DNA of 57,023 nt from NCBI GenBank assembly GCA_041821565.1, contig JBGUEB010000001.1:1-57023 (forward strand). The letters run 5' to 3'. The stretch comes from Gammaproteobacteria bacterium. GTDB lineage: Bacteria; Pseudomonadota; Gammaproteobacteria; GCA-001735895. The notes under the pieces are model-generated. The model did no database searches and was not told where the DNA came from. It saw only the letters and a list, made by a program, of their open reading frames with translations. Made by a program: the position numbers and the translations under genes. Shown piece after piece: positions 1 to 6,979 of this stretch. Numbering within the stretch: the stretch's first letter is position 1; each line of letters opens with the position of its first letter.

Positions 1-415
1 CCCAATGTGACGATAAAGATGCTAAATTCCGTGTCGTGGAACTAAATATACCTGTTGCAGTGTATGAGAAATGGTTGGATTCTATTATCAGAATTTCCGG
101 AGATATTTCTTTAATTCCAGTTTTTCCTTTATGCACCATTTGGCACCTGTCCCACATGGGGTGTGATGTAAAGCCGGGCGCGATATATTCAATAAGATGA
201 TTTGAAACTAAGTTTATTTCACATAGAAAGAGATTGCTCTCATTTTTAATTATGATTTCTATACAGGCATCCTTCTCTGAATGCTTTCCAACTGAAACAA
301 ATAGATCATCGAAATAGCGAGTCTCTACTTGAGACATTATCTTCTGTATTGACTCTCCGACAATCTGGAGCTCATTCTTCTTTGGAGGAAACAATTTTCT
401 TAGCAACTTCTTCAT
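1..415 (-). CDS. Hypothetical protein (cassette ORF, runs off the left window edge)
   Basis: Own translation of the - strand: ATG at 415 (alternative in-frame ATG at 337), 12 nt after the GTTAAG end of attC copy 1. The frame is open to position 1 (138 codons). It is absent from the ORF track because no stop lies in the window. No motif recognised. Confidence 0.5.
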   Translation of the reverse strand, partial: MKKLLRKLFPPKKNELQIVGESIQKIMSQVETRYFDDLFVSVGKHSEKDACIEIIIKNESNLFLCEINLVSNHLIEYIAPGFTSHPMWDRCQMVHKGKTGIKEISPEILIIESNHFSYTATGIFSSTTRNLASLSSHW

Positions 416-427
416 CAGTATGTTCGC

Positions 428-485
428 TTAACGCTTCGCATCAGCGGCGCGGCTCTGCCGCGTCCGACTGCATGCGTTTGTAATG
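428..485 (-). repeat. attC-like site, copy 1 (its ORF-proximal box reads CATTAC instead of CATAAC)
   Basis: ttaacgcttcgcatcagcggcgcggctctgccgcgtccgactgcatgcgtttgtaatg. Same family as 1328, 2085 and 3113. Lies 3' of the OsmC-family ORF. Confidence 0.7.
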
Positions 486-626
486 TGGCAAGGGTATATT
501 CCTAACACAAAAAGACGTCAATATGATTAAATTGTATTTACTAGCATGGATGATCGTGCACCAATAATTCGTAACTGGTTTTTGACAAGGGTGTTTTTCA
601 AATTGAATTCTGGCGGTAAATCAAAC

Positions 627-1148
627 TTAAGACAGTTCTATTTTTACTGATACTGCCCGACTTAAGGTGTGGCCTACTGGCGACGTTTTGGTGACTTTTT
701 TGTGCAAGGCTTCGAGGTCCGCTGCTGAAGCATCGCTGTCAATCTTCACCTTCACTGAAATGCCGCTGTAGCCCGCATTGCTATCTGAAAGGCCAAGAAA
801 AGTGTGTAGATCGATATCACCTTCAAGGTCGATAGAAAGATCTCTAATTTCAATGCCTGCAACAGTCGCATTTGCGGCATACCCTACTGCCAAACAATTA
901 CCCAAAGCCGCGAGGACTTGCTCTACTGGATTTGGACCTGTGTTACTACCACCTAGCGCTGGCGGTTCGTCTGAGGCTAATGGTTCGAAATCTCGAATCG
1001 TCGCTTCAGACCGAAATCCACCCTTCCATTTCACCTGTGCATTCCATTTGGTGTTCGCGACTTCCGGCTCTTCCTGAATTTTCCCCACCAGACTAGCCAC
1101 TGAGTCAATATCAACATCATTTAATTTAGTTTCTTCAGCTGTAGACAT
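627..1148 (-). CDS. OsmC/Ohr-family peroxiredoxin-like protein
   Basis: 173 aa. The 'GPNPVEQVLAALGNCLA' segment and overall length are typical of the OsmC family. Single ORF in a cassette-sized unit. Confidence 0.85.
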   Translation of the reverse strand: MSTAEETKLNDVDIDSVASLVGKIQEEPEVANTKWNAQVKWKGGFRSEATIRDFEPLASDEPPALGGSNTGPNPVEQVLAALGNCLAVGYAANATVAGIEIRDLSIDLEGDIDLHTFLGLSDSNAGYSGISVKVKIDSDASAADLEALHKKVTKTSPVGHTLSRAVSVKIELS

Positions 1149-1204
1149 TTTCGAGTACCTTCGCAGTGGGTAGAATAATCGAAGTTACTCCAATTAAAGA
1201 ATGA

Positions 1205-1240
1205 TGACAATGTTCAAAAGAGACCGGTTGAACAATGTCA
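1205..1240. promoter_or_regulatory. 13-bp inverted repeat (tgacaatgttcaa-N10-ttgaacaatgtca) in the 5' leader of the OsmC-family cassette
   Basis: 12 of 13 positions are complementary. Located 57-92 nt upstream of the ATG at 1148, within a ~180-nt leader. Confidence 0.3.
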
Positions 1241-1327
1241 AATCATTTGATTGTTTAGACTCGTGGAGGGCTCAGTTGAAATCTGGGGTCAGGATATGCA
1301 CCAGTTGAGTCAGCTGCTGTCGTGCCA

Positions 1328-1386
1328 CATAACGCCTCGCATCAGCGGCCCAGCTTTGCTGGGTCCGACTGCATGCGATTGTTATG
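1328..1386 (-). repeat. attC-like site, copy 2
   Basis: cataacgcctcgcatcagcggcccagctttgctgggtccgactgcatgcgattgttatg. The terminal cataac/gttatg boxes pair perfectly. Confidence 0.75.
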
Positions 1387-1438
1387 CGCAAGATACGTAG
1401 TAATTTCAATAACTACCGTACAGGTTACTAAGTACCAT

Positions 1439-1684
1439 TTATTTGGCATTATCCCGGCGGGATTGCTTTACAAATGTAGAAATATACAAATCTTCCACCT
1501 TATCTCTGGCCCATTGGGTTTTACGCAAAAACTTCAGTGATGATTTTACTGATGGATTACTCTTGAAACAGTTTATGTCGACTCTCTGAGCCATTCCATC
1601 CCAGCCGTAATGCTCTACTAACCTCGCTACAACTTTCGCGAGCGTTAGACCATGCAAGGGATTATTCAATTGTTCACTACTCAT
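1439..1684 (-). CDS. DUF2132 / VF530-family small putative DNA-binding protein
   Basis: 81 aa. '[17 protein letters not shown]....RV.INCF...[23 protein letters not shown]' matches the DUF2132 signature as I recall it. Confidence 0.75.
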   Translation of the reverse strand: MSSEQLNNPLHGLTLAKVVARLVEHYGWDGMAQRVDINCFKSNPSVKSSLKFLRKTQWARDKVEDLYISTFVKQSRRDNAK

Positions 1685-1776
1685 AACATTCGATGCACCT
1701 ATATTACTCTGAATGTTTTTGGTCGATAACGCGAAGATGAGAGGTGCCGTTTGCGGCGTCGATTTTGACGATCATA

Positions 1777-2025
1777 TTATTCCGTTTTGTTTACAGCTCT
1801 TTTGACACGAATCTTATTACTGGCAACAGTCATATTATTCAAATTTTTCATTGCTACCTTGGCTTCTCCTGGTTTCGGCATTTCCACAAAAGCAAAACCT
1901 TTGGATCCACCGGTGGTTTTATCTGACACTAAATCACAAGATTGTACGGTGCCATATTCCTGAAAAAGAGCCTTTACCTCTCCTTCGGTAGTGCTACGAG
2001 CAAGATTACGAATTATCAATTTCAT
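1777..2025 (-). CDS. RRM (RNP-1) domain RNA-binding protein
   Basis: 82 aa. RNP-2-like 'KLIIRNL' and RNP-1-like 'KGFAFVEM' motifs at the typical spacing. Confidence 0.85.
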   Translation of the reverse strand: MKLIIRNLARSTTEGEVKALFQEYGTVQSCDLVSDKTTGGSKGFAFVEMPKPGEAKVAMKNLNNMTVASNKIRVKRAVNKTE

Positions 2026-2084
2026 AAGTTAATAAGCCATTAAGTGGCAAGTGAATGTGCAGAATTCCATTTTACTGTTTTGCG

Positions 2085-2143
2085 TATAACGCCTCGCATC
2101 AGCGGCGCGGCTCTGCCGCGTCCGACTGCATGCTATTGTTAGG
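2085..2143 (-). repeat. attC-like site, copy 3
   Basis: tataacgcctcgcatcagcggcgcggctctgccgcgtccgactgcatgctattgttagg. Lies 3' of the DapB-like ORF. Confidence 0.75.
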
Positions 2144-2233
2144 CGATATTTTGAATTCCATGCCGGATGGCTGTAATGTGCCCAGTCCAAACGAAATATC
2201 CATCTAGTATATCGCGGGATAGTCCAAGAGATT

Positions 2234-3034
2234 CTATTTGTGTAGCATGTCATCCATGCTGTAAAAGCCTGGTGGTTGGTTGCTGATCCACACTGCGCCA
2301 TCCAGAGTCGCCGGAGCGAAGGCTTTTTGATCGGTAACTCTGCTCGTAATTTCAAGACGTTGACCGGAACCCGCAAAAAATACTGTATTCTCGCAGACGA
2401 CATCACCACCACGCAGTGATGCGAAGCCAATTTTTCCGCGCTCTGGTTTTCCAGTTTCCCCATCACGCGAACGGAGCATTACATCAGACAATTTGACACC
2501 TCTTCCAGTAGCAGCATACTCGCCAAGTTCCAATGCAGTCCCTGATGGCGCGTCAATCTTATTCCAGGGGTGAAAATCGAATATCTCAATATCAAATTCA
2601 TCGTTCAGCATTCCCGCCGCTGTTTTTATCAGCTCATACATGACCATAACCGATACGCTCATGTTCGCCCCTAATATGATTGGCAAAAACTGGCCGGCCT
2701 CAACTAGCTTTGTGTGCTGTGACTCCGTAAATCCTGTTGTTGCAACCATTAGAGGAGTCTGTTTCTCGACTGCCGTTGGTATCAAACTCATAGTGGCCGA
2801 TGCTGCGCTGTAGTCAACAACGACATCGGATTCCTCGCATAAGGCACCAACATCGTCGGTGACCTCGATACCGAGCGGTATTAACCCCGCTAGTGTACCA
2901 AGGTCCTTACCGAGCTCGGACGACCCGGGTCTCTCGCAACCGCCGGCAAGTGTGCACTTGTCGCTTTCATGGATTGCCTTTATTAGTATCTTGCCCATAT
3001 GGCCTGCCGCGCCGAATAGTCCTATTTTCGTCAT
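2234..3034 (-). CDS. 4-hydroxy-tetrahydrodipicolinate reductase (DapB)-like protein, divergent paralogue
   Basis: N-terminal Rossmann 'KIGLFGAAGHMG', 'ATTGF' and 'DAPSGTA' align with E. coli DapB. Start moved to the ATG at 3034; the track used an upstream TTG at 3067. Confidence 0.8.
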   Translation of the reverse strand: MTKIGLFGAAGHMGKILIKAIHESDKCTLAGGCERPGSSELGKDLGTLAGLIPLGIEVTDDVGALCEESDVVVDYSAASATMSLIPTAVEKQTPLMVATTGFTESQHTKLVEAGQFLPIILGANMSVSVMVMYELIKTAAGMLNDEFDIEIFDFHPWNKIDAPSGTALELGEYAATGRGVKLSDVMLRSRDGETGKPERGKIGFASLRGGDVVCENTVFFAGSGQRLEITSRVTDQKAFAPATLDGAVWISNQPPGFYSMDDMLHK

Positions 3035-3112
3035 TTTCTTCTCGCTTTGGTTAGGGGGAATAGACAAAGATTATACGAAAGCTGTCATTGTGTGTAGGCT
3101 GTTTCGATATCG

Positions 3113-3170
3113 CCTAACGCCGGCATCAGCGGCCCAGCCCTGCTGGGTCCGACTGCATGCGTTTGTTATG
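3113..3170 (-). repeat. attC-like site, copy 4
   Basis: cctaacgccggcatcagcggcccagccctgctgggtccgactgcatgcgtttgttatg. Lies 3' of the methyltransferase ORF. Confidence 0.75.
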
Positions 3171-3177
3171 ACCTGGC

Positions 3178-3738
3178 TTACAGTCGTGCGTAATTATAAA
3201 CATTGCTTTGTTCGTGAGTTTGTTTAAACAAATTCGATTGAACGATGAGATTTGGTATCCAGTTATGGATTAAAGGAGGAAAGAGCCATATTGACATGGT
3301 AGACCCAGGTTTAAGAACTCGATACATTTCTGGCAATAATTTATCCAACGGTAATAACGGGAAAGGGATAACACCAAACAATAGGGCCTTATCGATGCTC
3401 TCATTTTCTAGCCCGGTATTAAGAGCGTCTCTCTGCAAGATTGTGACGTTTTTTAAATTAGCCGCTTGTACTTTTTTAGCTACTTCTTTGAGAAATCCTG
3501 AAGATGCATCCAATGCTATTATTTGTCCTCGGTCACCCACCATTTGTGCAGCAGGTATGGTGAAAAAACCTGTGCCACATCCTACCTCCAAAACAGTTTG
3601 ACCCGGCTGAATATCCGCAATTCTCAGTTGCTTCACAGGATCCATAATCCATTTTCTTACTCTACTCCCCATAAGTAATCCGGACGGTTTGAAAATTAAA
3701 TTTATTATTCTTGAATTACCTAAATCTTCTGTTTTCAC
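3178..3738 (-). CDS. Class I SAM-dependent methyltransferase
   Basis: Motif I 'VLEVGCGTGFF' and 'ALD' (post-I), with later 'PGS' region. GTG start at 3738 preceded by AGGGTG. ATG alternatives exist at codons 23 and 32. Confidence 0.75.
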   Translation of the reverse strand: MKTEDLGNSRIINLIFKPSGLLMGSRVRKWIMDPVKQLRIADIQPGQTVLEVGCGTGFFTIPAAQMVGDRGQIIALDASSGFLKEVAKKVQAANLKNVTILQRDALNTGLENESIDKALLFGVIPFPLLPLDKLLPEMYRVLKPGSTMSIWLFPPLIHNWIPNLIVQSNLFKQTHEQSNVYNYARL

Positions 3739-3754
3739 ACTAGTTCACCCTAAG

Positions 3755-3791
3755 GCATAACAGCCTATTTAAAAGGTCGTTGACCTTTTAA
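3755..3791 (-). other. Candidate attI / first cassette boundary: GTTATGC box (- strand) next to a perfect 10-bp inverted repeat
   Basis: rc of 3755-3761 is GTTATGC, the same box type as the attC ends, 17 nt before the GTG at 3738. ttaaaaggtc-gtt-gaccttttaa lies at 3769-3791. Confidence 0.3.
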
Positions 3792-3984
3792 TATATATTA
3801 GCGAGTCGACTTGATAAATTGGGAGTGGGTAATTAGAGATTTTCATCGCATTGCTTCCTCTCGGTTTTTACTGCGGTTAATATTTTGTTCTTTATTATCG
3901 AGTCAATGACTTGATAATACTCTTGAATTTCTCGGAGTTGTTGGTTAAGTTGTTTCGAATAGTTTATCGAAAGGACTCGTTACT

Positions 3985-4711
3985 ATGCCGACTCGAACTC
4001 AATACACTTCTCCATTTTTGCAATCAGTCTCTAATTATATGGCGGTGCGTCGATATAGCAAACGCACAATCAAGTCGTATCTGTACTGGATCAAATATTT
4101 CATTGTCCAACAAAAAAAGCGGCACCCTAAAGAAATGGGCGCGGTAGAAATTGAAAAGTTTTTAACCTATCTTGCAGTTGAACAAAAAGTGTCGATCGCC
4201 ACTCAGAAGCTTGCCTTGAACGCTCTGGCTTTTTTATACAACCGGGTGCTTGAACAACCACTGGGTAATCTGGGCGAGTTCAATCGAGCCAAGCGGCAGC
4301 GTAATTTACCGATTGTTTTAACACGTCAGGAAGTTTCGCTATTACTATCCCGAATGAAGGGCGTAGACCAGCTGATGGCATCAATGATTTATGGTTCAGG
4401 ATTGAGGCGAACCGAGGCAGTACGCTTACGCGTCAAGGATGTAGACTTCGATCATCAGGAATTACAAATATGGAATGGCAAAGGTTCTCATAATCGGTTG
4501 ACTACTCTGCACTTGCTCGAATCGGGAGCTGGCCGGTTTTTGCTCCGAAACGTCGGACCGCTGCAAAGCCGGCATACACTACATCCATGTAGATAACATT
4601 CGCACGGTGCAAGAGCAACTCGGTCACCAGGATGTGAAGACTACAGAAATCTACACCCATGTTTTAAAGCGAGGCGCGCACGGGGTGCGTAGCCCGTTCA
4701 GCGATTTGTAA
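3985..4711 (+). pseudogene. intI: Integron integrase (IntI) pseudogene: in-frame internal deletion plus frameshifting 64-nt insertion
   Basis: The N-terminal 175 aa align by eye with VchIntIA/IntI1 ('YSKRTIKSYLYWIKYFI..KRHP..MG..EIEKFLTYLAVEQKVS..TQ..ALNAL.FLY', 'GSGLRRTEAVRLRVKDVDFD', 'IWNGKGSHNR'). The ORF jumps straight to 'HLLESGA' and stops at 4596. In the +1 frame it continues '[37 protein letters not shown]', ending at 4711. Confidence 0.8.
4532..4595. repeat. 64-nt palindromic insertion interrupting intI
   Basis: Removing 4532-4595 restores '[17 protein letters not shown]'. The insert contains the hairpin gccggtttttgc..tccga-aacg-tcgga..gcaaagccggc and a ctacatccatgtag motif. Boundaries are ambiguous by a few nt. 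Confidence 0.5.
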
Positions 4712-4773
4712 ATAGTGTTCGTTTCGATTACTTCCGGCGTTATATAATTCGTTTTTTTTGCAGGATTCAATTT

Positions 4774-5448
4774 ATGACCGATTCACCGCTTGTTATTGAG
4801 ACAGGGTCGCAACCACCCGACAGTTGCGTGATCTGGTTGCATGGCCTGGGTGCCGACGGCCATGACTTTGAACCGATTGTGCCGGAGTTGAGACTGGATC
4901 CGGGTCTCAATACTCGTTTTATCTTCCCGCATGCGCCGATGATCCCGGTGACGATTAACCAGGGCTTTGTGATGCGGGCCTGGTACGACATTCGCGAGAA
5001 CAGGATCGAGGCCGAACAGGATGAAGCGGGTATTCGACAATCGGCGCAAGCCCTTGTGCAGTTAATCGAAGAGCAGGTTGAGTCGGGGATTGCCACCGAA
5101 CGAATGGTACTGGCCGGGTTTTCACAGGGCGGTGCGATTGCCCTGTTTACCGCGTTACGTTATCCGCGGCAACTCGCCGGGGCGATGGTGTTGTCGTCTT
5201 ATATGCCCTTGTCACAAAGCCTTGAAGCCGAGAAAAATGAGGCCAATAGTGACATGCCGATCTTTCTTGCGCATGGCTCCGATGATCCTGTAATACCGGT
5301 TGATCTGGCTTACCGCACACGTAGTCAACTGGAACAACAGGATTATACGCTGAACTGGCATGAATACGCGGGCATGGCGCATAGTGTATCGGCACAGGAA
5401 ATCTACGATATTGCGGAGTGGTTACAGCAAACCCTGGCCCCGGCTTAA
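4774..5448 (+). CDS. Carboxylesterase / phospholipase-family alpha/beta hydrolase
   Basis: 224 aa. '[12 protein letters not shown]' and the nucleophile elbow 'GFSQGGA', with later 'HG..D' residues. Confidence 0.85.
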   Translation: MTDSPLVIETGSQPPDSCVIWLHGLGADGHDFEPIVPELRLDPGLNTRFIFPHAPMIPVTINQGFVMRAWYDIRENRIEAEQDEAGIRQSAQALVQLIEEQVESGIATERMVLAGFSQGGAIALFTALRYPRQLAGAMVLSSYMPLSQSLEAEKNEANSDMPIFLAHGSDDPVIPVDLAYRTRSQLEQQDYTLNWHEYAGMAHSVSAQEIYDIAEWLQQTLAPA

Positions 5449-6833
5449 TGCGCGATTAGTTTGCGGCAGGCGGCAACCTGTTTTCGAACCTGTTCGGGTG
5501 CGGTGCCGCCGGTAATGTTCCTGGCATTCACCGAACCCTCGAGCGACAACAAATCGAATACATCGGCTTCTATGCGTCGTTCAAACGAGTGCAGCTCCTG
5601 CAGTGTGCATTCGCTTAAGTCTTTCTGTTTTTCAATCGCGTAAGCGACCGCGCTGCCGACTACTTCGTGGGCGTCGCGAAATGGCAGGCCCTTATTGACC
5701 AGGTAGTCGGCGAGATCAGTTGCGGTCGCGTAACCTTTTTTTGCCGACTCGTACATCGCCTCACGATTGACACTGAGATTTGGCACCATGTCGGCAAATG
5801 CGCGCAGGCTGCCACCCAGTGTATCGAGCACGTCGAACAGGGGTTCCTTGTCTTCCTGGTTATCCTTGTTGTATGCCAGTGGCTGCGATTTCATCAGGGT
5901 GAGTAGACTCACCAGGTGTCCGTTCACACGTCCGCTTTTACCCCGTACCAGTTCCGGCACATCGGGGTTTTTCTTTTGCGGCATGATCGACGAACCGGTG
6001 CAGTAGCGATCAGGCAGGCGAATAAAATTGAACTGTGCAGTCGACCAGATGACCAGTTCTTCGGCCATTCTCGACAGGTGGGTCATACAGATGGCCGCGG
6101 CCGCACAGAATTCGATGGCGAAGTCACGATCACTCACTGCATCGAGCGAGTTCCTGGCCGGTGCGTCGAAACCCAGAAGCTCGGCCGTATAATCCCGATC
6201 AAGCGGGTAAGAAGTGCCCGCCAGTGCGGCCGCCCCGAGCGGCATGATGTTCATGCGTTGCTGGCAATCTTTGAAGCGGTCATGGTCGCGCTCGAGCATT
6301 TCAAACCAGGCCAGCATATGGTGGCCGAAGCTAATCGGCTGTGCGACCTGCATGTGCGTAAAACCCGGCATGATGGTGTCGGCCTCGCGTTCGGCAAGAT
6401 CGAGCAGGCCGTGTTGGAAGGTCCTGATCTGTTTCAGGCACGGGTTGATCTCTTCGCGCAGGTAAAGCCGAATATCGGTGGCGACCTGATCGTTTCGGGA
6501 ACGACCGGTATGCAGTTTCTTGCCGGCGTCACCGATCAGCTCGGTAAGCCGTGCTTCTATATTCATATGCACGTCCTCAAGGCTTACCGACCAGTCAAAT
6601 TTACCACTGGTGACCTCTTCGCTGATCTTTGCCATACCCTGTTCGATGGCAGCATGTTCATCATCATCCAGGATACCGATCTTGTGCAGCATTTTTGCAT
6701 GCGCAAGCGAACCCTGTATGTCGACCAGGGCAAGGCGTTGATCAAACTCGACCGAGGCGGTAAAAGCCTCGACAAAGGCATCGGTGGGTTCGTTGAATCG
6801 ACCGCCCCACATACGGGTATCTTTCTTAGTCAT
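5445..6833 (-). CDS. argH: Argininosuccinate lyase
   Basis: 462 aa. 'MWGGRF' N-terminus and fumarate-lyase signature '[12 protein letters not shown]'. The start could be the internal ATG at 6812. Confidence 0.95.
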   Translation of the reverse strand: MTKKDTRMWGGRFNEPTDAFVEAFTASVEFDQRLALVDIQGSLAHAKMLHKIGILDDDEHAAIEQGMAKISEEVTSGKFDWSVSLEDVHMNIEARLTELIGDAGKKLHTGRSRNDQVATDIRLYLREEINPCLKQIRTFQHGLLDLAEREADTIMPGFTHMQVAQPISFGHHMLAWFEMLERDHDRFKDCQQRMNIMPLGAAALAGTSYPLDRDYTAELLGFDAPARNSLDAVSDRDFAIEFCAAAAICMTHLSRMAEELVIWSTAQFNFIRLPDRYCTGSSIMPQKKNPDVPELVRGKSGRVNGHLVSLLTLMKSQPLAYNKDNQEDKEPLFDVLDTLGGSLRAFADMVPNLSVNREAMYESAKKGYATATDLADYLVNKGLPFRDAHEVVGSAVAYAIEKQKDLSECTLQELHSFERRIEADVFDLLSLEGSVNARNITGGTAPEQVRKQVAACRKLIAH

Positions 6834-6979
6834 AAAATCATAAATGGTCTATATATATAAGGTGTAATCTTTGCCGATCCTGCGGCCGACGCGGAAAAAT
6901 GCGCCTTGCCAGGTACCGTGGAATGCCCCTGGGGGCATTGCCGTATGCTTACAGCGCTAGTCAAACAAATCAATAGTTT

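Larger units (their letters stand above)
1..4711. mobile_element. Degenerate chromosomal integron: intI pseudogene, candidate attI, and an array of >=5 cassettes delimited by 4 attC-like sites
   Basis: IntI-like ORF on + strand at 3985. Every ORF to its 5' side is on the - strand. Each unit is followed by a 58-59 bp imperfect palindrome bounded by xTAAC...GTTAx. The region is visibly more AT-rich than the rest of the window. Confidence 0.75.

Noticed and set aside
1685-1776. A fifth attC between the RRM and DUF2132 genes (contains gataacgcg... and a short gccg-caaa-cggc stem)
   Set aside because: There is no partner xTAAC/GTTAx box at the right distance, the arms do not pair beyond 4 bp, and there is no similarity to the four clear copies.
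2029-2466. 145-aa - strand ORF spanning attC copy 3
   Set aside because: It overlaps the DapB-like 3' end out of frame and runs through the attC palindrome, with no RBS and no motif.
3841-3984. LexA box in the intI promoter region, as reported for many chromosomal integrons
   Set aside because: No CTGT-N8-ACAG-type palindrome is present. The nearest candidate (tactgcggttaatatttt) lacks the second half-site.
5916-6860. 314-aa ORF on the + strand
   Set aside because: It lies entirely antisense to the well-supported argH gene, is Arg/Gly/His-rich with no motifs, and is a typical shadow ORF.
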